A DNA stretch of 64,000 nt, taken from the NCBI GenBank assembly GCA_036351795.1, contig JAZBPW010000174.1:339-64338 (forward strand), given 5' to 3'. This document shows positions 16,994-26,051 of this stretch, piece after piece. The translations under genes were made by a program, and so were the position numbers. The notes below the pieces were generated by a model, which was given only the letters and a program-made list of their open reading frames with translations, searched no databases and was not told the DNA's origin. The stretch is from Candidatus Zhuqueibacterota bacterium (lineage in GTDB: Bacteria > Zhuqueibacterota > Zhuqueibacteria > Thermofontimicrobiales > Thiofontviventaceae). How positions within the stretch are numbered: position 1 is the first letter of the stretch; every line of letters begins with the position of its first letter.

Positions 16994-19330
16994 ATGAAAA
17001 AACAACTCATCTTTTGTCTGTTATTGATTCCTTTCAGCAGTGGGGTGGCTTCTGACTATAATGCAGAGGCTATTAATCGCATCATCGGGGAGAAGGGTGC
17101 CCGGTGGACTGCCACAGAAAATCGCATTACCGCCATGGCCGCGGAAGAGCGAAAAATGTTGTGCGGTGAAATTATGCTGCCGGATTACTCTGTGAATCCG
17201 GAAATCCTCTCCTTCGAGGCTGTGAAAGATATCCCGTCACATTTAGACTGGCGTGACAATAACGGAAATTGGGTGACACCAGTTCGGGATCAGGGACAAT
17301 GCGGAAGCTGCGTCGCGTTCTCAGAATTGGGACAAATTGAGTCCTGGTGGAAAATCCGTAACGCGAATACCGATACGGTGATCGACCTCTCAGAGCAGAT
17401 CATTCTTTCATGCAGTAATGCTGTGACTTGCGCGCATGGAGGATATATGTCCAGTGTGCTTGAATGGGTAAAACTCAACGGAGTGCCGCTCGAGGAATGC
17501 ATGAGCTATCAGGCCTTGGATGGCATACCATGCAGCAATGCGTGTGATGACTGGCAGGCTCAGTCCGTGACAATCCCTGGCTGGGGATGGGTTTCGTATG
17601 AAAAAGATATTGTTGCAAACATTAAAAGCGCACTATATCGCCACCCGGTATCCGCCAGTTTTACTGTTTACAGCGACTTTTACGGGTATCATAGCGGTGT
17701 CTACGAGCATGTCTATGGTAATGCCGAGGGCGGGCATGCGATTCTGATCGTTGGATGGGATGATGAGGAGCAGAGCTGGATCTGCAAAAACAGCTGGGGA
17801 GTGGACTGGGGCGAAGAAGGCTACTTCAGGATCAAATGGGGCGACAGCAATATGGGAGACTACGCACCTTTCATTTATGATGGAATGACGAGCCGTGTTT
17901 CCGTACAGCTCGCGCCGGATATATTTGAATTCGATATGACAGTCGGCGATTCCTCGATACATGAGCTCGAAGTGACGAATATCGGGCCAGACAATCTGGA
18001 ATATGCCGCAATGGATTACATGTACGGGAATGGTGTGCCTGCATGGATGGAGATCATGGACGGCGGTGGTGTGCTCGCTCCAGGAGAGACAATGCCGATT
18101 CGCTTCAAAGTGAAGACCAGGGAACTCGATCCAGGCACATACCGGGCAAGACTGGGTGTCCGATCCAACGACAGTTATCTGCCGCTCAAGGAGCTGATCT
18201 GTCGTCTGAATCTCGTTCCACCCGATCATGATCTCAAAGTATCTCAAATCTTGCTTCCGAATGATTATGTGCGCATATTCTCCTATATGCAATTCACTTC
18301 GACGATAAGCAACGAGGGATTATCTTCTGAGACCAATGTCGATGTCCTGGGTACGATTCGAATGGGTGATCAGATTGTTTTCTCGGATACGGTGCGCATC
18401 GATGCGATCGCTCAATTCGGCGTGATTTCTATCAAATTTGATTCTCTTTATATTACTCAATCCGGTGTGCTGGATATTCACGTGGAGCTTCTCAATCTGG
18501 ATAATGATCATAACGGCTATAATGATTACCTGAATCAGACCGTTGAGGTGAAGCATCTCGTCGACAGCTTTGAAAATGAGTGCGACCTGTGGCTTTGTGA
18601 AGGCGGCTGGGGGGTGAGTAATTTGTTGAACGGGCATAGTGGGAGCCATTCGGCACATGTGAATTCAGGGGCATTTCCTTATTTAAATGACATGAGCGGA
18701 AGCATGACCTTTGTGCCGGGATTCGAACTGCACGCCGTGAAAAGTGCCGTGATAAAATATTATACGCGTTACGCGACTGAGAAAGACAAAGATGTCTGTT
18801 ACATCGAAGTCAGCGGTGACAATGAGAAATGGGATCTGATGGATACGATTTCAGGTATCAATCTGGCGTGGACGCAACGGGAACTGAATATCACCGATTA
18901 TATCAAGCCTGAATATCCAAGAGTCTGGGTGCGTTTTCGATTTATTTCAGACAGCGATATCAATAACGTGGGAGTGTTGATCGATGATATCGAGATCTAT
19001 CCGCTGGAGAGTACACATGTAAGTGACTTCAGCCAGCCCTCAGCACAACCGACTGACCTTGCGTTGTTTCAGAATTATCCGAATCCGTTCAATCCTGTGA
19101 CCACCATCAGCTATCGGTTACCGTCAGAGAGCGACGTCGATCTTTCCATTTACAATCTGAATGGTCAACGTATTCTCACATTGATGAATGGACGACAAAC
19201 CGCAGGACACTATACGATTACCTGGAACGGAAGGGATGATGCCGGTTCGCTGATGAGTTCCGGGATCTATCTTTACAGACTGAACGCGGGGAATGAGATC
19301 CAGACGAGAAAATTGACTTTGATGAAATAG
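16994..19330 (+). CDS. Papain-family (C1A) cysteine protease with Ig-like/CARDB-like, MAM-like modules and T9SS CTD (paralog 1)
   Basis: Starts 7 nt after the S8 stop, so it belongs to the same operon. Signal peptide MKKQLIFCLLLIPFSSGVA. Catalytic motifs VRDQGQCGSCVAFS (Gln/Cys), GGHAILIVGWDD (His) and ICKNSWG (Asn). Also GYFRIKWGD. CTD QNYPNPFNPVTTISY...SGIYLYRLNAGNEIQTRKLTLMK. Confidence 0.9.
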   Translation: MKKQLIFCLLLIPFSSGVASDYNAEAINRIIGEKGARWTATENRITAMAAEERKMLCGEIMLPDYSVNPEILSFEAVKDIPSHLDWRDNNGNWVTPVRDQGQCGSCVAFSELGQIESWWKIRNANTDTVIDLSEQIILSCSNAVTCAHGGYMSSVLEWVKLNGVPLEECMSYQALDGIPCSNACDDWQAQSVTIPGWGWVSYEKDIVANIKSALYRHPVSASFTVYSDFYGYHSGVYEHVYGNAEGGHAILIVGWDDEEQSWICKNSWGVDWGEEGYFRIKWGDSNMGDYAPFIYDGMTSRVSVQLAPDIFEFDMTVGDSSIHELEVTNIGPDNLEYAAMDYMYGNGVPAWMEIMDGGGVLAPGETMPIRFKVKTRELDPGTYRARLGVRSNDSYLPLKELICRLNLVPPDHDLKVSQILLPNDYVRIFSYMQFTSTISNEGLSSETNVDVLGTIRMGDQIVFSDTVRIDAIAQFGVISIKFDSLYITQSGVLDIHVELLNLDNDHNGYNDYLNQTVEVKHLVDSFENECDLWLCEGGWGVSNLLNGHSGSHSAHVNSGAFPYLNDMSGSMTFVPGFELHAVKSAVIKYYTRYATEKDKDVCYIEVSGDNEKWDLMDTISGINLAWTQRELNITDYIKPEYPRVWVRFRFISDSDINNVGVLIDDIEIYPLESTHVSDFSQPSAQPTDLALFQNYPNPFNPVTTISYRLPSESDVDLSIYNLNGQRILTLMNGRQTAGHYTITWNGRDDAGSLMSSGIYLYRLNAGNEIQTRKLTLMK

Positions 19331-19381
19331 GATATATATCTAAAATTCTAAAATTAACTCACAAAATACAGGATGTGATTC

Positions 19382-22291
19382 ATGAGAAAATTGGCGCTGA
19401 TTATCGGTTTATTCCTACTGAATACTGCATACGCGACTGAAAATGTACAGAAAATAAATTCAATGATCATAGAAAGCAACGCGCAGTGGACTGCGGCTCA
19501 AAACTGGACGACGGCATTGACTCTCGAGGAAAGGCGCAATCTGTGTGGTTCATTCATGCAGCCGGCGAATCCGGCTGATGCTGAGTTGATGACGATCGAT
19601 GCTGTATCCAGCCTGCCGGCTCAATTGGACTGGCGGACGAATGGTGGAAACTGGGTGACACCGGTGAGAAATCAGGGGAGTTGCGGCAGCTGTTGGGACT
19701 TTTCAGCCGTAGGCCAGATCGAAGCATGGTGGAAGATCAGAAACGGGGATCCCAACGCGAATATCGACCTGTCCGAACAGTTTATACTCTCTTGCAGCGA
19801 TGGCGGTTGTGACGGATATTGGGTATCCGGTGCCCTCGATTTTGTAAAGGAGAACGGTATCCCCACGGAGAGTTGTTTTCGATACTATGCGGACGACACA
19901 ATCCCATGCAGCAATACATGCGAGAACTGGCAGGACGAGGCAATCAAGATTCCGGGATGGGGATATATCACGCTGAGTGAAGCCATCGTCGAGAATATCA
20001 AAAATGCGGTCTATAGACATCCCGTATCCGCTTCTTTCACTGTGTATGAGGATTTCAATTATTACTCCGGCGGCGTGTACGAACATGTCTGGGGTTCGGA
20101 ACTCGCGGGGCATGCGATTCTCATCGTCGGCTGGAATGATGCGGAACAGAGCTGGATATGTAAAAACAGCTGGGGTGAAAACTGGGGTGAAAATGGATAT
20201 TTCCGGATCAAGTGGGGCGACAGCGGTATGGGAACATACATGTCATTCATCTGGGATGATGTGATCGGTAATTCAAGTCTGTCTGTGACCCCGGAGAATC
20301 TGCAGTTCTCGCTTTTTTCCGGTGAACAATTTGAACAGGATCTGCTCATCACCAACAACGGCCTTGAGCAACTTGAATTCATACTCATCGATTACGAAGT
20401 ACCCATTGCATTTCATACGGACGATTTCAATGCATGGGATGGTATGTCGTGGTGGTGCGGCGATGAAAAGATCGGTGGATATGAAGATCACTGGCTGCAA
20501 TATCTGGATACACCGGTGATTGACCTGTCAACGACATCTCAGCCGGAGTTGACATTCAAAGTCCGGTGGGATGTCGAAAGAGCGGAAGGCGCCAGTCCGC
20601 CATACGATGGATGGGATGGTTGTAACGTGTGGGTGTCAGCTGACGGAGGTGAAAGCTTTGAACCGGTCTATCCTGATTACCCTCAATATGACAGCAATTC
20701 ACTCTTCAGCTTCGGTGATGTGGAACAGGGTTGGGATCTGGGGAGCGGCGTGCCCGGGTGGACCGGGAGCAGCGCGGGCTGGCAGGACGCGAAAGTCAAT
20801 CTGGCTGCATACCAGTACGCAACAAATGTGGTCATACGGTTCGCGTTTGCCTCTGACAAGGGGCTTTGCACCAACGACGATCCGGGCCTGACAGGCTTTT
20901 TTGTGGATGAGGTGATAGTGACAGATGGCACGAATGTCCTGTTTGGCGATAGTGCGGAAACGGATACGGAAATGTTAGCGAGGGGGTATGGATCAAAGAA
21001 TGCTGACTGGATGCAGATCAGTTACGATGCGGGTCTTTTGAGGACAGCCGAATCAATAAGAGCCACAGTAAAAATCGACACGAGAGATCTGGCTCCCGGT
21101 AATTACCGCGGATTGATACAGATGAATACAAACGATACGACGCACTCCATGCTTGAACTCCCGGTACAACTGGACGTGAAGATGGCGAGCCATGATCTTG
21201 CTGTCGAAGAAATTATTGTCCCTGATTATGGTCTGGCCATCCTTTCCTCTCAGGAAATTGAGGCTGTCGTTGAAAACAAAGGGTACTCTCAGGAGAGCAA
21301 TATCAGTGCTGTATGCACGATCGCCAGTGATGATCTTGTCATCTACAACGATATCGTGCAAATCGGTTCACTGGCATCAGGTGCCAGAGAAGTCATTCAA
21401 TTTGCGCCTTTCTATGCTACAGAAGTGGGCGTGATGAAAATACGCGTGGAATTGTCAGACGTCGATGATTTCAATAATTTCAATAATGCTATGGAGACAG
21501 AATTAACCATCACCAACATGTTTGAGAGCTTTGAAAGTCTGGATGGAAAATGGAAGCTGTCGGGCGGGTGGGGAACGACCATGTTTTACGGCGCGCGTAC
21601 CGGTGAAATGGCTGCGCACGTGAATAACGGCGTCATTCCTTATTCGAATGATATGAACGCGTTCATGACTTACGACGAGGGCATCAATGTACAGAATCTG
21701 AGTGCATTGAAGCTCAAGTATTATGCCAAATATTTCACGGAAAAAGACAATGATTTCTGTTACCTTGAAGTGAGCCCGGATAAAAGGACATGGACGGCTG
21801 AAGATTCGATCTCGGGGATGGACCTGACCTGGGCACAGCGGGAAGTCGATTTGAAAGAATATCTTGGTCAGGGCGAGAAAATATGGTTCAGATTTCATTT
21901 CGTCAGCAATGTTTCCATTGTTAATTTCGGCGTATTAATCGATGATTTGGAGATCTATCCCACGCTGGCGACACGCGTTGTTGATCAAACACCTCAGGAG
22001 GGCATCCCGGTCGATTGGCAGTTGGGCCAGAATTACCCAAATCCATTCAACATGAAGACGACGATCTCGTACACGCTGAAAGAGGCAGGTCCTGTCACAT
22101 TGAAGATTTACGACACCACCGGACGGATCGTTCGGACTCTGCTTCATTCATCTCAATCAGCTGGTTATCATATAATTGACTGGAATGGCAGGGATGACTT
22201 TGGAATGGCAGTGAGTACCGGGGTCTATTTTTACAGGATGACGGCAGGAGCCGCCTACGCGGTAACGAACAAGATGATCCTGTTAAAATAG
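19382..22291 (+). CDS. Papain-family (C1A) cysteine protease with extra internal MAM-like insertion and T9SS CTD (paralog 2)
   Basis: Signal peptide MRKLALIIGLFLLNTAYA. Catalytic motifs VRNQGSCGSCWDFS, AGHAILIVGWND and ICKNSWGENWGENGYFRIKWGD. Inserted module WWCGDEKIGGYEDHWLQYLDTPVIDLS...GWDGCNVWVSADGGESFEPV...VVIRFAFASD...FFVDEVIV. CTD QNYPNPFNMKTTISY...TGVYFYRMTAG...NKMILLK. Confidence 0.9.
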   Translation: MRKLALIIGLFLLNTAYATENVQKINSMIIESNAQWTAAQNWTTALTLEERRNLCGSFMQPANPADAELMTIDAVSSLPAQLDWRTNGGNWVTPVRNQGSCGSCWDFSAVGQIEAWWKIRNGDPNANIDLSEQFILSCSDGGCDGYWVSGALDFVKENGIPTESCFRYYADDTIPCSNTCENWQDEAIKIPGWGYITLSEAIVENIKNAVYRHPVSASFTVYEDFNYYSGGVYEHVWGSELAGHAILIVGWNDAEQSWICKNSWGENWGENGYFRIKWGDSGMGTYMSFIWDDVIGNSSLSVTPENLQFSLFSGEQFEQDLLITNNGLEQLEFILIDYEVPIAFHTDDFNAWDGMSWWCGDEKIGGYEDHWLQYLDTPVIDLSTTSQPELTFKVRWDVERAEGASPPYDGWDGCNVWVSADGGESFEPVYPDYPQYDSNSLFSFGDVEQGWDLGSGVPGWTGSSAGWQDAKVNLAAYQYATNVVIRFAFASDKGLCTNDDPGLTGFFVDEVIVTDGTNVLFGDSAETDTEMLARGYGSKNADWMQISYDAGLLRTAESIRATVKIDTRDLAPGNYRGLIQMNTNDTTHSMLELPVQLDVKMASHDLAVEEIIVPDYGLAILSSQEIEAVVENKGYSQESNISAVCTIASDDLVIYNDIVQIGSLASGAREVIQFAPFYATEVGVMKIRVELSDVDDFNNFNNAMETELTITNMFESFESLDGKWKLSGGWGTTMFYGARTGEMAAHVNNGVIPYSNDMNAFMTYDEGINVQNLSALKLKYYAKYFTEKDNDFCYLEVSPDKRTWTAEDSISGMDLTWAQREVDLKEYLGQGEKIWFRFHFVSNVSIVNFGVLIDDLEIYPTLATRVVDQTPQEGIPVDWQLGQNYPNPFNMKTTISYTLKEAGPVTLKIYDTTGRIVRTLLHSSQSAGYHIIDWNGRDDFGMAVSTGVYFYRMTAGAAYAVTNKMILLK

Positions 22292-22357
22292 TATAGAAAA
22301 AAAGTTGGCTTAAAAATACTGGGACAGAAACTTCAATGTGAGAGGATGGAATAGCAG

Positions 22358-23077
22358 ATGTGCCGAATGTTGATCGCTGCGGGAAGTTTCGATATTTCCG
22401 CAATTATAGATGACTTCATAACCATGGCCATGGATCAAAATGAAAAACATGAGAACAATGCCGATAAGGAGTTTCGTCACGGCGATGGATGGGGCATTGT
22501 TTACATGCAAGACGGAAGAATGCAAGTCAGAACCTCTCTTGCAGCATGCTATGAGGACGACGCAATAGAGACATACAGGCATCTTGAAACACCGCTATGC
22601 GTACTTCACGCCAGGAAGGGAAGCAAAGGATCTGTGAACCTGGAAAATGTGCATCCCTTCCAGGCGTCCGGGTACGCCTTTTGCCATAATGGCACCGTAG
22701 ACGATGATTTGATCTTTGAAGACCATCTCAAGCCTGCGGGAGATACTGATTCCGAAAGAATATTCTATTATCTGATTTCGAATCTGTCCGATGGGCTCAA
22801 CGAACGCGTGATTTATGACAAATACATGGGTATCAAAGAATTCACCGGCATAAACTCAATTGTGACCGATGGCAAGACGAGTTTCATTATCAACTGGTTT
22901 TCGAAAAAGCCAGACTATTATACTTTAAAGGTTTTGGAGACGCCTGACTACGCAATCATGTCATCGGAAATACTGCCGCATTTCAGAGGCGGGGACTGGA
23001 GCCGATCGAATAATCGAGATATCTACCGGCTGAATACATCAACGATGGAGATTGTCAAGAATGCGCATTTGGCTTAG
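22358..23077 (+). CDS. Class II (Ntn-type) glutamine amidotransferase, YafJ-like
   Basis: N-terminal Met-Cys (MCRMLIAAGSF) supplies the nucleophile Cys. Other matching motifs are HGDGWGIVY, LHARKGSKGSVNLENVHPF and FCHNGTV. Confidence 0.75.
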   Translation: MCRMLIAAGSFDISAIIDDFITMAMDQNEKHENNADKEFRHGDGWGIVYMQDGRMQVRTSLAACYEDDAIETYRHLETPLCVLHARKGSKGSVNLENVHPFQASGYAFCHNGTVDDDLIFEDHLKPAGDTDSERIFYYLISNLSDGLNERVIYDKYMGIKEFTGINSIVTDGKTSFIINWFSKKPDYYTLKVLETPDYAIMSSEILPHFRGGDWSRSNNRDIYRLNTSTMEIVKNAHLA

Positions 23078-23130
23078 GCAGGCATTCGTTTGCGTTTCCT
23101 CGCCGGTATTGTGGGTCATTTGAGATTGCC

Positions 23131-23784
23131 CTAGACAAGTCCCAGGTTTGGAAATAGCTCCATTTGCGCTTCATAGGAGCCGATGCGTTCCAGTATTTGC
23201 CTGAGACGGTCATCGTCGCAGTGTATATCGAAATCATCGGTATTCACGATTAATACACGGTGGTTTTTTGCATAATGAGACACCCATTCTTCATAGCGTG
23301 TATTGAGCTGCGCCAGATATTCTTTGGATATCTCCCTTTCATATTCACGTCCCCGTTTCCGTATCCGGCTGATCAGCGTCCATATCGAGGCGCGTAAATA
23401 TATCACCAGATCCGGATAGCGCAAAGCATTGGTGATGGTTTTATAAAGATCGAGATAGCTGCGATAGTCTCTCTCTTCCATATTGTTCTGGGCATAAAGA
23501 TTGAAGGCAAAAATCTCAGCGTCTTCAAATATGGTTCTGTCCTGGATCGATGTCATTGTGCTCTGTTGTATGATCAAGTTCTCTTTGAAGCGCTGAGTGA
23601 GAAAAAAAAGCTGTGAATGATAGCTCCATCGCTTCATGTCTTTGTAAAAATCCTGAAGATATGGATTTTCGACAACCTTCTCGTAATACGGCTTCCAGTT
23701 GAATCGTTCGCTAAGCAGACGGGTCCATGTTGTTTTGCCGACGCCGATATTCCCAGATAATGCGAAAAAGTAGTTGTGCGCCAT
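23131..23784 (-). CDS. Deoxynucleoside kinase (dAK/dGK/dCK family)
   Basis: P-loop ALSGNIGVGKTTW. Family motifs YYEKVVENPYLQDFY, QLFFLTQRF and DRTIFEDAEIFA. The start lies 2 nt after the nadB stop. Confidence 0.85.
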   Translation of the reverse strand: MAHNYFFALSGNIGVGKTTWTRLLSERFNWKPYYEKVVENPYLQDFYKDMKRWSYHSQLFFLTQRFKENLIIQQSTMTSIQDRTIFEDAEIFAFNLYAQNNMEERDYRSYLDLYKTITNALRYPDLVIYLRASIWTLISRIRKRGREYEREISKEYLAQLNTRYEEWVSHYAKNHRVLIVNTDDFDIHCDDDRLRQILERIGSYEAQMELFPNLGLV

Positions 23785-23786
23785 AC

Positions 23787-25421
23787 CTATTCGACCACCA
23801 TGAGTTTTCCTTTATGCTGCGAGACGATCGTGTCTTTGAGCCAGTTGACATCGTCTTTTTCAGGATAGTCAGTGGTATAGTGCAGACCGCGGCTCTCTCG
23901 CCGGTGCAAGGCCGATGCAATGATGAGTTTCGCGTTCAGTACGAGATTTCGCAGTTCAAGTAGACCTTCGGATACTTTGGTCTTTTTATAGTATTTTTCG
24001 ACCTCCTTGTAAATGAGATTGACGCGACGTCGCGCCCTTTTCAGACGCAGGTCGGATCTGACGATACCTACATAGTCCCACATGATGCTCTGAACTTCTT
24101 CCTTGTCATGAGAAATAAGGATCCATTCTTCCTGATTGAACGTTCCCTCATCGCTCCAGTCCGGTATGGATGGAAAGTCCGGAGACGATGCATATTTGCG
24201 AGAGTTGATGATATCAAGGTAAATTTCATGCGAGAAAACAACCGCCTCAAGCAGCGAATTCGATGCCAGGCGGTTTGCGCCATGTACACCTGTGCACGTG
24301 ACTTCACCGCTGCCGTAGAGATTGGAAATGCTCGTGCGTCCATGCAGGTCTGTGACAACACCGCCGCATGTGTAGTGTGCCGCGGGGACAACCGGAACCG
24401 GCTGACGGGTGAAGTCGAGGTTGAAGCTGAGAACTTTCTCGTATATAGTGGGAAATGAATTGATAAATTCCTTTCCATCAAGATGTGTCGCATCGAGGTA
24501 GACACTATCTTCTCCGCGTTTTTTCATTTCAGCATCGATCGCTCTGGCGACAATATCTCTTGGAGCGAGTGAACCCATCTCATGGTAATTATCCATGAAG
24601 GGCTTTCCATCCTTTGTCTTTAACTCTGCGCCAAAGCCACGCACAGCCTCTGAAATTAAAAATGATTCCGCCTCAGGGTGATAGAGTGTTGTGGGATGAA
24701 ATTGCATGAATTCCATATTCGCGATCAATGCCCCTGCCCGCAATGACATTGCGATGCCATCGCCGGTGGCTATTGAAGGATTTGTCGTATGAAGGTATGT
24801 CTGTCCACTGCCTCCGGTAGCGAGTATCGTTGCCCTGGCGAGAAATGTGATGATTTCACCAGACGGTACGTTGAGAACATAGGATCCCCAACAGTGTATT
24901 CTGTCGCTCTCCTTGCTGTTGATCAGATGATGCTCTGTGATCAGCTCGATGGCGAAATGTTTTTCGTAAATCGTTATCCGGGGGTGTGACTTGATAGCAG
25001 ATAACAACGCGTTTTCAACTTCCTTGCCGGTGAGATCCTTGGCGTGAACGATCCTGTTTCTGGTGTGACCACCTTCTCTGCCTAAAAGATAAGGCGAGTT
25101 TTTGGAATCTTTCTTTTTTGTAAAGTTGGCGCCCCATTCGACCAGTTCCTGTACACGACGCGGACCCTGCCTCACCAGCATATCAACCGCGTCCGGATGA
25201 CACAATCCGTCGCCGGCCTTCAGTGTATCTTCAACATGAATATCAAAGGAATCTTCGGGTGAGAATACGGCGGCAATGCCTCCCTGGGCATAGTTTGTAT
25301 TTGATTCCGCTTTTTCTTTTTTGGTGATAATTGATACTGAACCGTGTTCGGAAAGTTTAAGCGCGAGAGAAAGACCAGCAATACCACTTCCAATGATTAG
25401 AAAATCAGATTCAATTGTCAT
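23787..25421 (-). CDS. nadB: L-aspartate oxidase
   Basis: FAD-binding motif DFLIIGSGIAGLSLALKL. Matching motifs YAQGGIAAV, the HPT region QFHPTTL, and GGV.TD...T...LYGSGEVTCTGVHGANRLASNSLLE. Length 544 aa. Confidence 0.95.
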   Translation of the reverse strand: MTIESDFLIIGSGIAGLSLALKLSEHGSVSIITKKEKAESNTNYAQGGIAAVFSPEDSFDIHVEDTLKAGDGLCHPDAVDMLVRQGPRRVQELVEWGANFTKKKDSKNSPYLLGREGGHTRNRIVHAKDLTGKEVENALLSAIKSHPRITIYEKHFAIELITEHHLINSKESDRIHCWGSYVLNVPSGEIITFLARATILATGGSGQTYLHTTNPSIATGDGIAMSLRAGALIANMEFMQFHPTTLYHPEAESFLISEAVRGFGAELKTKDGKPFMDNYHEMGSLAPRDIVARAIDAEMKKRGEDSVYLDATHLDGKEFINSFPTIYEKVLSFNLDFTRQPVPVVPAAHYTCGGVVTDLHGRTSISNLYGSGEVTCTGVHGANRLASNSLLEAVVFSHEIYLDIINSRKYASSPDFPSIPDWSDEGTFNQEEWILISHDKEEVQSIMWDYVGIVRSDLRLKRARRRVNLIYKEVEKYYKKTKVSEGLLELRNLVLNAKLIIASALHRRESRGLHYTTDYPEKDDVNWLKDTIVSQHKGKLMVVE

Positions 25422-25423
25422 GT

Positions 25424-25780
25424 TCAGTTATGTTCCAGAAGTTCTCTGACCTTTGATTTGAGTTCGGAAAGATTGGATGATTTTATCAAATATGCATCCG
25501 CCGACCATGTCGAAAAGTCAGACTTGAAAGTTGAATATGCGGAGTTTAAAATCACTTTGATGTTTTTATCGATTTCCATGATTTTTTTTAACGTTTCGAT
25601 ACCATCCATGACATCCATTCTGATATCCAGTATGGCCAGATCGATCTTTTGTTCACTTAATTTATTCAACGCTTCAAGCCCGTTCCCGGCAAGAATGACT
25701 TCATATCCCTCATCCGAGAATTCCTGTTCATATAAAGTGCGCAGGTTTTTCTCGTCTTCGACAACAAGGAGCTTTTTCAT
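25424..25780 (-). CDS. Stand-alone CheY-like response-regulator receiver domain protein
   Basis: Start moved to ATG 25780 (MKKLLVVEDE...), which has a GGAG RBS (ctGAGGAGtcccatcATG). The track's 41-aa N-terminal extension is hydrophobic junk. Receiver motifs are present: VVEDE, the phospho-acceptor DLAILDIRMDVMDG, and SAY...K. There is no output domain. Confidence 0.85.
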   Translation of the reverse strand: MKKLLVVEDEKNLRTLYEQEFSDEGYEVILAGNGLEALNKLSEQKIDLAILDIRMDVMDGIETLKKIMEIDKNIKVILNSAYSTFKSDFSTWSADAYLIKSSNLSELKSKVRELLEHN

Positions 25781-25903
25781 GATGGGACTCCTCAGTTTCA
25801 AAATGATGCTGTGCTTTGTTCCATCTCCTTGATTTAACATAAAACAAAAGAGAAAGAAAATCAACCGATTTTTTATTGCCGCGATATTCACATGGTGGGT
25901 CAT

Positions 25904-25938
25904 AAAAAAAAGGCCAGCATCTTATTACGATGCTGGCC
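25904..25938 (-). terminator. Rho-independent terminator downstream of the SpoIID-like gene (minus strand)
   Basis: Perfect 10-bp stem: GGCCAGCATC (25912-25921) pairs with GATGCTGGCC (25929-25938). On the minus strand it is followed by a T8 run (plus-strand A-run 25904-25911). Confidence 0.8.
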
Positions 25939-26051
25939 CCCCCCTAATCTCAGATGTGAATCAATTTAACCTAAAGAGAGTTCCCAATTCTCCTTGAGTC
26001 TTTGTTCGTTTTTATATAGAGGCAAGGGCTCGATTTTGCGGAAAAATATTT

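Noticed and set aside
25781-25903. 41-aa N-terminal extension of the response regulator in the ORF track
   Set aside because: The extension runs through the probable promoter and leader and is not receiver-like. An internal ATG with a GGAG RBS gives a canonical 119-aa CheY-like protein.
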